Assembly (NCBI GenBank): GCA_964532285.1
Contig: CAZHHB010000003.1
Span: 3,626-67,625 of the forward strand
Length of the DNA: 64,000 bases
Direction: 5' to 3'
DNA from: an uncultured Candidatus Saccharibacteria bacterium
GTDB taxonomy: Bacteria; Patescibacteriota; Minisyncoccia; Phycocordibacterales; PALSA-1337
Both the position numbers and the translations under genes were made by a program. The notes below the pieces were generated by a model. That model saw only the letters and a list, made by a program, of their open reading frames with translations, did no database searches and had not been told where the DNA came from. Below are positions 47,093-56,976 of this stretch, piece after piece. Numbering within the stretch: the stretch's first letter is position 1; each line of letters opens with the position of its first letter.

Positions 47093-48352
47093 GTGGATAA
47101 TGCCACTTTTTGTATCCCTTGTATCCCAATGAAGATATCCACAGGGGTTTACTGGGTAAACATGATATCATGTTTACACAGTGCTTTTCTAATTGAAAAT
47201 ATCATGATGAATAAACAAATATTAATAAGAAATATTTCTCCTGAAATAAGCGAATGGATAGAAAGTGGACGCTTACAGAGTAACATGACTCAGCAGGAAT
47301 TTGTTCTGTCGATGCTGAAGAATGTTAGTACGAATCACTTAGATAATTCGCAGAGAATATTTCCACGACCGAACGTACCAACAACATTTAGTTTCATTGA
47401 TCTGTTTGCGGGGATAGGAGGTTTTAGGATTGCTCTTGAAAATCTTGGTGGTCGTTGCGTATTTACGTCTGAGTGGGACAAGTACGCTCAAAAAACCTAC
47501 AAGGCGTGGTTTGGAGATTTGCCTCATGGTGATATAAGACAGATAAATCCATCTGAGATTCCGGATCACGATATCTTGGCCGCAGGTTTTCCTTGCCAAC
47601 CATTTTCTATTGCCGGCGTGTCAAAAAAAATAAGTCTTGGAAAGGAGCATGGGTTCAATGATCAAAAGCAAGGAAATCTATTCTTTTATCTGGCTGATGT
47701 TATTGAGGCAAAAAGGCCCCCAGTAATTTTCCTTGAAAACGTCAAAAATCTGCAGTCACACGATCAAGGCAGAACATGGCAAGTTATAGAAAATAGATTA
47801 AAAGAGCTTGGCTATGCAATATTTCATAAAGTTCATAATGCGGCTAATTGGGTCCCACAACACAGGGAAAGAGTATTTATTTTAGGATTTGATAAGAGAG
47901 TATTTGGGGACAATGTAAAGTTTGAATTTCCAGAAACTCCTAATAGCAAACCTAAATTGAAGGACATCTTGGAAAAGAAGCCGGATTCCAAGTACACACT
48001 TACGCCACATCTATGGGAATATCTCCAAAATTACGCTAAACGTCATCGCGAGAAGGGTAACGGGTTCGGATTTGGCATTGCTGACCCAAACGGTATAACA
48101 CGCACTCTCAGCGCAAGATATTACAAGGATGGATCTGAAATCCTTATAAAGCAGAACGGAGGAAAGCCACCAAGACGATTATCACCACAGGAATGTGCAA
48201 AACTTATGGGGTTTCCAAAAGAGTGCAAGATTGTAGTTTCAGACACTCAAGCCTATAGACAATTTGGTAACGCTGTTGTGGTTCCGGTCATTCAAAGTGT
48301 GGCAAAAAATGCTATAGAGACTTTTTTAAAGCACAAGAAAATGAAGCGGTAA
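47093..48352 (+). CDS. DNA (cytosine-5)-methyltransferase (Dcm family); true start probably internal (~47206)
   Basis: FIDLFAGIGGF (motif I), GFPCQPFSIAG (motif IV), ENV (VI), RQFGNAVVVPV (X). Confidence 0.85.
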   Translation: MDNATFCIPCIPMKISTGVYWVNMISCLHSAFLIENIMMNKQILIRNISPEISEWIESGRLQSNMTQQEFVLSMLKNVSTNHLDNSQRIFPRPNVPTTFSFIDLFAGIGGFRIALENLGGRCVFTSEWDKYAQKTYKAWFGDLPHGDIRQINPSEIPDHDILAAGFPCQPFSIAGVSKKISLGKEHGFNDQKQGNLFFYLADVIEAKRPPVIFLENVKNLQSHDQGRTWQVIENRLKELGYAIFHKVHNAANWVPQHRERVFILGFDKRVFGDNVKFEFPETPNSKPKLKDILEKKPDSKYTLTPHLWEYLQNYAKRHREKGNGFGFGIADPNGITRTLSARYYKDGSEILIKQNGGKPPRRLSPQECAKLMGFPKECKIVVSDTQAYRQFGNAVVVPVIQSVAKNAIETFLKHKKMKR

Positions 48353-48415
48353 AGCAACCGGTGGGGACAATATGCGCACTGTCGCAAAAGCCTCAAAAGC
48401 GCTATTATTAAAGCC

Positions 48416-49603
48416 ATGAAACTTTCGGAATATTTTGCGTTTATATCATACAAGAGACTAAGTGCAGTTGAAACAGATACAGAGATTTCGCATCAGCATG
48501 AATTCAATGGCATAGGATCGTTAAAGGAAATGTTTGGCACCAGTAAGAAAGAATTCACAGCCAAGTTGGCCTACTTGGGCGAAGATCTTGATGAACCGCT
48601 TGTAGCCGATGTCGAAATGACTTGGTATGACGCGAGAGAGAAACATCTCACAAGAACCGAGTACAGGTTGTACTACAAACAGAGCGAAGTTAATAAGTAC
48701 ATGCAGGAAGGTGATTTGATGGTAGTCGGGTTGCGACCAGATGGAAAGATATATTTTTTTATTGCGCAGAAAGACTCGACGTATGCCAATCAGCTTGTGT
48801 TGCTTTTTGATTTGGAATCAGATATAGGAACTACTGCTAAGTCGAAAATGATTGCAGGAACGAAAAATGACGTGGAAAACGTGGATTTTGTACGCTCGTT
48901 TATTCTTGAAGAGCTTGGAATTGAAGTTAAAGGTACTGATGAAAATTATCTCGAGGCTCTATTGCAGAAGTTTCCTTCAGGGTTTCCGAATACCAATGAA
49001 TTCTCAGAATTTGCCCGTAGCACGATTCCGGGAATTGATTCTAAAATAGACCCGGATGGGGCCCTCATGAAATGGATGGAGCGGGAGGAACTTCTCTTTA
49101 GGACGTTGGAAAAACATCTTGTGTCTGAAAAAATCAAAAATATCGGCACAGATGTAGATCTGTTTATGAAACTATCTCTTTCGATACAGAACAGGAGAAA
49201 AGCTCGTGTTGGCTTTGCACTTGAAAATCATCTTGAGCGAATCTTTCTAGATTGCGAGGTTCAATATTCTCGTGGAAAAGAAACAGAGAATAACTCCAAA
49301 CCTGATTTTGTATTTCCAAGTATTGAAAATTACCGTGATGCAAAGTTTCCAGATGAAAAATTATTTATGCTCGGATCAAAATCGACTTGTAAAGATAGGT
49401 GGAGACAAGTTTTGGCTGAAGCGGCTAGAATTAAGAACAAGCATTTACTTACTCTGGAACCAGGTATCAGTGTTAACCAAACATCAGAGATGATGGCCAA
49501 CAATCTCAATCTCGTAATTCCTCGAGAACTTTTTGGAACCTATACTAACGACCAGCAAAAATGGCTCCTGAGCCTGAAAGACTTTATTGCTCTTTTGGAT
49601 TAA
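48416..49603 (+). CDS. Putative Type II restriction endonuclease partner of the m5C MTase
   Basis: Immediately downstream in same orientation; possible PD-(D/E)xK-like segment KPDFVFPS...ENYRDAK; no family recognised. Confidence 0.35.
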   Translation: MKLSEYFAFISYKRLSAVETDTEISHQHEFNGIGSLKEMFGTSKKEFTAKLAYLGEDLDEPLVADVEMTWYDAREKHLTRTEYRLYYKQSEVNKYMQEGDLMVVGLRPDGKIYFFIAQKDSTYANQLVLLFDLESDIGTTAKSKMIAGTKNDVENVDFVRSFILEELGIEVKGTDENYLEALLQKFPSGFPNTNEFSEFARSTIPGIDSKIDPDGALMKWMEREELLFRTLEKHLVSEKIKNIGTDVDLFMKLSLSIQNRRKARVGFALENHLERIFLDCEVQYSRGKETENNSKPDFVFPSIENYRDAKFPDEKLFMLGSKSTCKDRWRQVLAEAARIKNKHLLTLEPGISVNQTSEMMANNLNLVIPRELFGTYTNDQQKWLLSLKDFIALLD

Positions 49604-49626
49604 AGTCGCAGCTTATAGATCAATAT

Positions 49627-49827
49627 TCATTAGACGCTCTAAGCAGGAGGCGAGGATTTGACGATGGTCTGGGGTCGGATAGCCCAGTATTCGCGGTACC
49701 GAAATGTCCATTTTTTGATTACTCGTATAGTCACCTTGCAAGATCGTCCCGTGGGCAAACACACCACTCGCCCCGACCCAACTTTAAGTGTGATAAGCGG
49801 TTACTATTTCGCCACTCCTGCACGGAG
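49627..49827. repeat. ~200-bp repeat, copy 1 (~90% identical to 55012-55213)
   Basis: Begins TCATTAGAcgctct..., ends ...ccactcctgcacggag; shares the TCATTAGA start with the 38-bp repeat. Confidence 0.85.
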
Positions 49828-50103
49828 TAGGGAACACATTTATGAATAACCATGCACCATAGGCGTGCAAGTCAATTATCTATAATCTGTAATCAGTAAG
49901 TTATTATTCGAAAGCGGGCAAAAAGATTTGTTATTGGCGGGAATTACTCATGGAAATGACTTGCTACGAGCAAGCCAAACTTTTGCAACATCGGACGATC
50001 TATATCAATAGGGAATGGCTTTAAGAAGAATTGGGCTAGAAACAGACCATGTCGCACAATAGAAACTTGCAAGTCACATTGTCGCACAACTGTGGATAAC
50101 TTT

Positions 50104-50811
50104 TCACTGGTTCTGCCAGACCTCTACAAATGTACCAACATCATTATTATCGAAATGACTATCAAGAGGCCATATTTTCTTGAATTCAATTAGCTTAAAG
50201 CCTGCTGAAATAAATTGATCATGCGCAAATTTTCTTGAAACCTTGTACTCAAAATTATCGCTAGTAGCAGTCTGATTCAGAAACTTTTCCAGTTCAGGAG
50301 ATTTGTTAGGTATCTGATCGTACAAATATTTGTAATAATCAATGGTTATTTTTGGATTCGGACTATAAATCTCACCTAAGAATACTAAACCTTTTGACCG
50401 CAATGCTTTTTTGATCTGGGAGATGTATAGATCTTTTTTGTCATCAGGTACATGGTGGTATGCAAACATCGATATGACAATGTCGGATTTACTTGGAAAA
50501 TCAACATTCAATATATCATTAGAAATAATTTCAACCCGAGCGTGAATGTCTGATTTTTGCGCAATATCTAAAAATTCCTTATTGATATCGATTAGCAGTG
50601 CTCTCTTAATCGAAAATTTTTTGGAAAGAAGATTGGTATTGACTCCGGTACCACAGCAAAAGTCAGCGACAGTAATATCTGTGAGGTCTTGGAGATATTT
50701 ATTACATAAATCGAGGAATGCGGATTCGGCACCCGTATAGTCTGGCCTTAAATGTTGAAGCAAGTTGTAATCACCAGTTGATTTTTTGTATAACTCTATA
50801 TCAGCATCCAT
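50104..50811 (-). CDS. Class I SAM-dependent methyltransferase
   Basis: VADFCCGTGVNT motif I. Confidence 0.55.
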   Translation of the reverse strand: MDADIELYKKSTGDYNLLQHLRPDYTGAESAFLDLCNKYLQDLTDITVADFCCGTGVNTNLLSKKFSIKRALLIDINKEFLDIAQKSDIHARVEIISNDILNVDFPSKSDIVISMFAYHHVPDDKKDLYISQIKKALRSKGLVFLGEIYSPNPKITIDYYKYLYDQIPNKSPELEKFLNQTATSDNFEYKVSRKFAHDQFISAGFKLIEFKKIWPLDSHFDNNDVGTFVEVWQNQ

Positions 50812-50927
50812 GCTGCAATTTTACCACAAATTTTTATCTTTATTCATACCTACAGGCATATTACCAGAACCCACTCTGGACAGATGTTGACTTTCGTATT
50901 GTAATGTGGTAACCTCTTAGAAGTTCC

Positions 50928-51716
50928 TTGTTAAACAACCAACGTAGTATACTTAACCTCATGAACACAACTACTTCAGTTTCGGCAGAAGGGTTCGCCC
51001 TTCAACTCTCTCGGAGAGTCCTCGAACCTGAAGAAGTAATTTCAGGGGAAGAGGCAAAAGCATACGCCAATCGGCGTGACAACAGAACGCTGAGCTCAAA
51101 ACTCATCGCTACTGACATTGTGGAGAAGCTCTTGCTCACTCCTGCGTCAAACGTCTTGGAAGTCGCTTGTGGTCCCGGCCAGCTTGCTTATGAGCTTTGG
51201 AAAGTCGTAGGTTGCTCGATAACAGCAACCGACGGCAGTCCCGAACTTATCGAGGCAGCTACCGATCGCTACAAACAAACTTCGATACGCTTTGCTACGG
51301 AAAATCTGCATAGCCATAACGGGAAAGGGGAATACGATGCTGTGATCTGCAAAGATTCATTTCATCACTTCTTTGATTCCGAGAAGGCTGTCGCAGAGAT
51401 GCTCTCACTCTTGAAGCCCAGCGGTAAAATCTACATCTTTGATTTGTGCAGGAATGTGCGAATCGAAGAAGTGGAATATCGTTTGTCTTCGATACAGGCA
51501 TCACATGAACAGATGCGCTTTCTTAGGTCCTTGAACGCCTCGCTTACGGTTCAGGAATTTAAGGAAGCTTGCGGCACATCTAAGGTTTCTGTTTTCTACC
51601 CTCTCGGTTTCTCGCAAGAGAATCTGAATGCGCACGAAACAGAGATTGAGGCTGATGTTGTGAAGGAGTTCAAGCTCTCCTCGCTGTTCTCGGTATACAT
51701 TGTAGAAAAAATTTAA
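50928..51716 (+). CDS. Class I SAM-dependent methyltransferase
   Basis: VLEVACGPGQLA motif I; LKPSGKIYIFDL. Confidence 0.6.
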   Translation: MLNNQRSILNLMNTTTSVSAEGFALQLSRRVLEPEEVISGEEAKAYANRRDNRTLSSKLIATDIVEKLLLTPASNVLEVACGPGQLAYELWKVVGCSITATDGSPELIEAATDRYKQTSIRFATENLHSHNGKGEYDAVICKDSFHHFFDSEKAVAEMLSLLKPSGKIYIFDLCRNVRIEEVEYRLSSIQASHEQMRFLRSLNASLTVQEFKEACGTSKVSVFYPLGFSQENLNAHETEIEADVVKEFKLSSLFSVYIVEKI

Positions 51717-51775
51717 CCCCCGCGATCTGAAATATGGTCGCGGATTTCTGTTATTGTGATATACTAATGATGTTC

Positions 51776-51813
51776 GTCATTAGAAAACGCCAACCTGTGT
51801 GGCGTTTTCCTTT
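51776..51813. repeat. 38-bp perfect direct repeat (copy 2)
   Basis: Identical to 46436-46473. Confidence 0.9.
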
Positions 51814-51834
51814 ACTATATAGGCTGATTAATCT

Positions 51835-52257
51835 TTAGTCGGATTGAAGATTTTCTTGCAATTGAATAACATAGACCTTTCCAACATTCGGCATCTCAAT
51901 TTCCTCCGGGGTATAGCGTCCTTTATATTTTTTAGCATCAAGATCAAATTTAATAAGAAATGAATTTGCACTAATATGACCTCCTCCTTGTTTCGGAGCC
52001 ATCTTGATCTTCAACATACCTTCCTCAATTTTGTTAGAAAATTTGAAAGCTACAGCCTTTTTTTCCTTATCATAAAATAGCTTAACAGCTGAGGTGCTAG
52101 AATCGATGTCATATTTCTTTATAAATCCAGCACTTACACCAAATCCTCCACTTTCACCGAGGCTAATACTGGGTATAATCCGTCCACCTATTGCATTGTA
52201 TTCCTGAAAATTGTATTTATCCATACGCTGGTATACTAGCAAAATTCCATTAACCAT
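51835..52257 (-). CDS. Hypothetical protein
   Basis: ORF only. Confidence 0.3.
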   Translation of the reverse strand: MVNGILLVYQRMDKYNFQEYNAIGGRIIPSISLGESGGFGVSAGFIKKYDIDSSTSAVKLFYDKEKKAVAFKFSNKIEEGMLKIKMAPKQGGGHISANSFLIKFDLDAKKYKGRYTPEEIEMPNVGKVYVIQLQENLQSD

Positions 52258-52760
52258 GCAAGTTGCTCCAAACTTTACACTAATACATATTTATTATCTA
52301 ATCTATTATCCAGACATTTTTCTATTTACATTTCCGGTAGATATGCGGTACAATTGTGGTAATTGAAAAGGCCAGAACAGAGTTCTGACCGTATCAAGAT
52401 TACCAGCCGCCAAAATACTTATATACATAAAATGCTCTGACAGCGTTTGTGGGTCAACAGTATTTTGGCGAAATTAATCATTTTCTATAATACAGGAAAT
52501 GTTTAATGTCCGCAATCTAAGATATCAACACGTATGTACCGAACTCGCTTCGATATATACCAGGATATCGCTGGAGGTTTTAGGTGGAGATTGATCGCTG
52601 CAAACAACGAAATCGTTGCAATCAGTGAGTCATACACTTCTCGTCATGGCGCTCTTGCGTCAGCAAGGAAGGTCGCCGCTTGGGCCTCATCGGCAACGAT
52701 ACCTTCGGTATAAACCTCTCATGGTTTTTGAACACAGACTCATCATCGGGTCTGTGTTTT

Positions 52761-53924
52761 TTATACGAGCTCAATCAACTTTTTCAAAAACAATTTGCTA
52801 GCTTCAGTATCAATTTGATTATTCGAATTCAAAATAAGCTTATGAATGACGTCACCTTCAAATTGAGCAACTCCTCTAGAATTTCTACCAGCCCAGTGCT
52901 TTAGAAGAATCGTTGATTTGAGTAGATCCTTTTGGAACATTGAGATTAAAGTCTGCGCGACGATCTTGTTTGGTTCGAGCCCAATAAAATAGAACATGAA
53001 CACACTTTTTTCAGTAGAAAGGAAATCTAGAATTTTATCGAGGTTGTATGCCTTCGGATTTGATTTCAAGATCATAATCTTTGTCTTGACATCTGTTGCG
53101 GTCAAATATTTATCAAAAACTTTCGTATAGTCACCTAGATCATTTTTTGTGCCGTAAGGCGATATTTTCTTATTGGCATTGTGTAGTTCTTTCACAAGAT
53201 TTGCCCTAAGCGCTTCATCTTCACCAGCGATCAAGTATTCGATAATTCTGCCGCGGATATTAACATTTTCGATGAAGCCGGCGATTAGAATTTCAGTTTT
53301 GTATTTTTCTACTTTTGCATCGAGATCAGATTTCAAATCCTTGTACTCTTCTGATGTCACGAACTGCTTTGCTCTTTCTGGGGCTGATAATATTATGGCT
53401 TGGGCAGATGTTGATACTTCGAACTTCTTACCAGACGGAGTAATTCCAGTGGTAGCTTCGACAAGACGTGCTAAATTTCCGTTGAACCCGAGTTCCGCAT
53501 GTATGGAAAATAGTTGCTGAAAATTCTTGGGAGAATTAGTCAATCCATCAAAGATCTTAGTGATATCTGATCCATTAAAACTACCCCTGATATTATCCAC
53601 CCTAAATTCTTGTGAACTGTGGCTGATCTTCTTCAGAAATGTTGAATTGGCAAGATAAATGACGTTTTCCTTCGGCGTTACTAAACAAACTAAGAAAGGA
53701 ATTCCGTCATATTTTTGTAGGTTTGATAGTGAAAGGACCGTGTTAGAAAAGCTAAGAGAACCTGAAGAGCTGAATCGAATAGCACAATGCTCTGAATAAT
53801 ACACGCTTCGATCCTTGGTTAGACTAAATTTTTGTTGAACTTCATTTATTAGGACAGATTTATTACCAATACCATTCTTTAATAATATAAAGTCGATAAG
53901 TGCAAAGACTTTTTCGTTAATCAT
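52761..53924 (-). CDS. Putative restriction endonuclease partner of the N4/N6 MTase
   Basis: Start of MTase... stop overlap: this ORF begins 4 nt inside the upstream MTase gene (translationally coupled); no family recognised. Confidence 0.3.
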   Translation of the reverse strand: MINEKVFALIDFILLKNGIGNKSVLINEVQQKFSLTKDRSVYYSEHCAIRFSSSGSLSFSNTVLSLSNLQKYDGIPFLVCLVTPKENVIYLANSTFLKKISHSSQEFRVDNIRGSFNGSDITKIFDGLTNSPKNFQQLFSIHAELGFNGNLARLVEATTGITPSGKKFEVSTSAQAIILSAPERAKQFVTSEEYKDLKSDLDAKVEKYKTEILIAGFIENVNIRGRIIEYLIAGEDEALRANLVKELHNANKKISPYGTKNDLGDYTKVFDKYLTATDVKTKIMILKSNPKAYNLDKILDFLSTEKSVFMFYFIGLEPNKIVAQTLISMFQKDLLKSTILLKHWAGRNSRGVAQFEGDVIHKLILNSNNQIDTEASKLFLKKLIELV

Positions 53925-54943
53925 ATAAGTTGTGCCTGTAGATCAAATGCCATTTTCTTCTTTTCAGTCGTTTGATCAGTTAGCGAATTACGTTCCCAGA
54001 ATACACCATCAGCGTATCCTTGAATAGTTGGGCTATTTTCGACAAATCCGATACGCTTTTCTGCTAAGCAGCAATAGTCCTCATTCATCTCAACACCGAC
54101 ATAATTTCTGTTAAGCTTTTTGGCGACTACTGCGGTTGTGCCTGAGCCCAAAAATGGATCTAGTATTACATCACCCTCATTCGTTGAGGCTAGAATAATT
54201 TTAGCTACTAGCTTTTCAGGTTTTTGAGTCGGGTGATCAGTATTTTCTGGCATTGACCAGAAGGGAATAGTTATATCAGTCCAAAAATTTGATGGGTGTG
54301 TGAGTCTGAACTTTCCATCATCATCTTCTGTCCAATCCTTAGCAACCCCATTTTCTCTATAGGGAGCAATGACTTTTTTCTTCAATTTAACAGCATCAAC
54401 GTTAAACTTGTAGTCGTCAGATAGGGTGGCAAACCAAATATCCTCAGAGCAATTTTTCCAGTTACTCAAAGCACCTCGGCCTTTTTCTCTTTCCCATGTG
54501 ATACGGTTTCTGACTTTTAGATATTTATCTAATACATTAAAGATCATGGGGGAACTCTTCCAGTCACAACATACATAGACAGATGCATTCTCTTTGAGAG
54601 TGTGCATTATCGAAAGCAACCACTTTTCAAAAATTGCTTCATAATCATCCTTGTTTTTTTCACGGAATTTATTATTACCAAAATCCTTATTTAAATTATA
54701 GGGAGGATCAATAAATAGAAGGTCGACAAATCCTTTTGGTAATTTTCCTGACACATCTTCTAGCTGCCCATGTATGGTTTTATTAAGAAAATTGTTATCA
54801 ACATCCTGGCCTAGCAGTAATCTTTTACGCAGATATTCAACCTCGTCTGCTCGGACAAATGTGGTTCTATTATTTTTTGCTCTAATTTTTTCAATCATAT
54901 ATTTGTAGTTGTTAGTATTATACCAAATTTCGTGCAAAAACAA
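53921..54943 (-). CDS. DNA methyltransferase, beta-class N4-cytosine/N6-adenine (DNA methylase N-4/N-6 domain)
   Basis: FIDPPYN (motif IV, DPPY) preceding VILDPFLGSGTT (motif I). Confidence 0.8.
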   Translation of the reverse strand: MFLHEIWYNTNNYKYMIEKIRAKNNRTTFVRADEVEYLRKRLLLGQDVDNNFLNKTIHGQLEDVSGKLPKGFVDLLFIDPPYNLNKDFGNNKFREKNKDDYEAIFEKWLLSIMHTLKENASVYVCCDWKSSPMIFNVLDKYLKVRNRITWEREKGRGALSNWKNCSEDIWFATLSDDYKFNVDAVKLKKKVIAPYRENGVAKDWTEDDDGKFRLTHPSNFWTDITIPFWSMPENTDHPTQKPEKLVAKIILASTNEGDVILDPFLGSGTTAVVAKKLNRNYVGVEMNEDYCCLAEKRIGFVENSPTIQGYADGVFWERNSLTDQTTEKKKMAFDLQAQLI

Positions 54944-55011
54944 ACGATTTTCGATATAATGACAGCATTAACCCCACTGCCACTGCTTGACGAAGCAAGG
55001 GCAGTTTTTGT

Positions 55012-55213
55012 TCATTAGATGCTCTGTGCAAGAGGCGAGGATTTGACGAGAGTCTGGGGTCGGACTAGCCCAGTATTATCTTTACCGAAAAGTCCATTTT
55101 TTGATTACTCGTATAGTCACCTCGCAAGATCGTCCCGTGGACAAGCACACCACTCGTCCCGGCCCAACTTTAAGTGTGATAAGCGTTTACTATTCCGCCA
55201 CTCCTGCACGGAG
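55012..55213. repeat. ~200-bp repeat, copy 2, abutting the integrase gene
   Basis: Aligns with 49627-49827 with ~20 substitutions and a 1-nt indel. Confidence 0.85.
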
Positions 55214-55233
55214 CATCTTATGAAAGAACAAAG

Positions 55234-56094
55234 TCAGATATACTTCTGCGCGTTAGCCAGCATCTCGTTTTGATCGTAATTGAGATATATCAGGGCAGAG
55301 TAGGGGCTAACGTGACCGAGCATCATCTGAATATCTTTGAGATCCGCACCCCGAGCTTTCATACGGTGAGCTTTTGCATGTCTAAACATGTGCGGGGTGA
55401 TCTTTTTTGTGATGCCGGCCGATGCTGTAATCTCTCTGATCCATCGTTCGATGGTTCGAGGTGTTAAGCGTTCCCGTCCTGGCTTATCGAGAGACAAGAA
55501 CAAGCTTGGCTTTTGGTTGATGCAGATGCGACTACCGAGCCAACGGAGCAGGGTATTCTGGTGAAAATCCGGAGCCCAGGCGATAACACGGATACGCTTA
55601 TTTTTCTTTGTTTCGATGCAAGTATGATTTTCAGTTGATGACATCTGATTCACATTTAGCTCACATAATTCGCTTACACGAACGCCTGTGTTGTAGAGCA
55701 TATGGAGAATGGTCAGCTTTTGTAGATCGTGAAGCTCATATGGATTCAATGTTTTACACATTGCGTTGAATTCATCATCAGTGACACCCACACGGGGCTT
55801 TTGAGAATATTTTGGGCCCTCGATCAGGAATGGATTCACAGAGGATTCTTGGATCGAATTCAGGTAACGAAAGAAATTTTTGAGAATGCGACAGGAATAG
55901 GCCACTGTCGGAGGATTGTTTTTAGTAGAGAGAAATTTATGAAATTCCACGATATCCGTATTCTTCATATTTTTCGTATCCACATTGCGAAAATTCATCA
56001 GCCGGTGAAGATAGCTTTTGTATATGTCCGCTGCTCGCGGGCTTCTGATGACTTTCCAATCTAGATAATCTTTTATTGCTTGCTCTATAACCAT
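55234..56094 (-). CDS. Tyrosine recombinase / phage-type integrase
   Basis: C-terminal HMFRHAKAHRMKARGADLKDIQMMLGHVSPYSALIY (H-x-x-R ... H ... catalytic Y). Confidence 0.8.
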   Translation of the reverse strand: MVIEQAIKDYLDWKVIRSPRAADIYKSYLHRLMNFRNVDTKNMKNTDIVEFHKFLSTKNNPPTVAYSCRILKNFFRYLNSIQESSVNPFLIEGPKYSQKPRVGVTDDEFNAMCKTLNPYELHDLQKLTILHMLYNTGVRVSELCELNVNQMSSTENHTCIETKKNKRIRVIAWAPDFHQNTLLRWLGSRICINQKPSLFLSLDKPGRERLTPRTIERWIREITASAGITKKITPHMFRHAKAHRMKARGADLKDIQMMLGHVSPYSALIYLNYDQNEMLANAQKYI

Positions 56095-56111
56095 TGTATT
56101 TTTTGATTAAG

Positions 56112-56912
56112 TTAATAATTTATGACCCTGTATCTTTTGTAAGTGGTATGACCTGTCCATGTGTTGTAGGGAAGATCCCTGGATTCTTCAAGCTTGTACT
56201 CGATTGGTTTCTCATTTATGTATTCGATATCGAGTGGTGGATTGCGGATAACTATTGGCTTGATCAGTCCTCGGGAAGTGAAATAGCATTTTTCGTTGAA
56301 TAGTCTGGCGTCGACGACGCCTTTTTGCAGATACTTGGAAACGTATGCACCGATAGATTGAATGTGCTCGATTCTGTTGATTTTGATGAACCCATGAGAC
56401 CAGATTTTTGCCAGATCATCGTTGACTATGTAGGGAAGATTGAAGAAGACAGTGTGATAATGAACAGCTCCGCGTTTCTGAAATTCAACTACTGAAACAT
56501 ATTTGAGAGCGTGCCCGATTTGATAGTTCAGTCGCATCATGAATTTCCTCCACATCTCATTTGCCTCCTTGAGGATGGTAATATTTTCGGCGAAAGTGAA
56601 TGTTACGAACTTGTCTGAGTGTTCAGGATACTGACCGGAATTACATGCAATCAGGCGTCGTATATGCAGTCTGGCGCGTGATATTGAGAATGGTCGGCGT
56701 ATTCCTAGATTTCTATGTCCTGTGCGTTTCCTGCGGCGATTTCGAGACTTCAATTGACCACCGAAATGTATGTCTTTCTCAAATTCGTAGACTTCTTTAA
56801 CTGGACCAGAGATAACAGCTTTGTACTTTGAGAAATCTACTCCCCATTTAATTTTGTGTAATTCGTCGAAAGCCCTGCCAAGCTGATCGACAGAATATAT
56901 CTGATTGTCCAT
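56112..56912 (-). CDS. Rolling-circle replication initiator (HUH endonuclease superfamily Rep)
   Basis: Motif 1 FVTFTF, motif 2 VHYHTVFF (HUH), motif 3 YVSKYLQK (catalytic Tyr). Confidence 0.75.
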   Translation of the reverse strand: MDNQIYSVDQLGRAFDELHKIKWGVDFSKYKAVISGPVKEVYEFEKDIHFGGQLKSRNRRRKRTGHRNLGIRRPFSISRARLHIRRLIACNSGQYPEHSDKFVTFTFAENITILKEANEMWRKFMMRLNYQIGHALKYVSVVEFQKRGAVHYHTVFFNLPYIVNDDLAKIWSHGFIKINRIEHIQSIGAYVSKYLQKGVVDARLFNEKCYFTSRGLIKPIVIRNPPLDIEYINEKPIEYKLEESRDLPYNTWTGHTTYKRYRVINY

Positions 56913-56976
56913 GACTATTTAGTTTTTAATGATTCTGATTATGTGTGAGAGAGGTCGAGTCTAGAAAGAGTCTCAT

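Noticed and set aside
49627-49827. Tested whether the ~200-bp repeat is a tRNA/tmRNA 3' fragment (classic integrase target)
   Set aside because: Neither strand contains a T-arm consensus (GGTTCGAATCC-like) or acceptor/CCA-compatible end; substitution pattern looks coding-like rather than compensatory
46436-55213. CRISPR array
   Set aside because: Only two copies of each repeat, separated by kilobases of protein-coding cargo; no short regularly spaced repeat-spacer structure anywhere in the window
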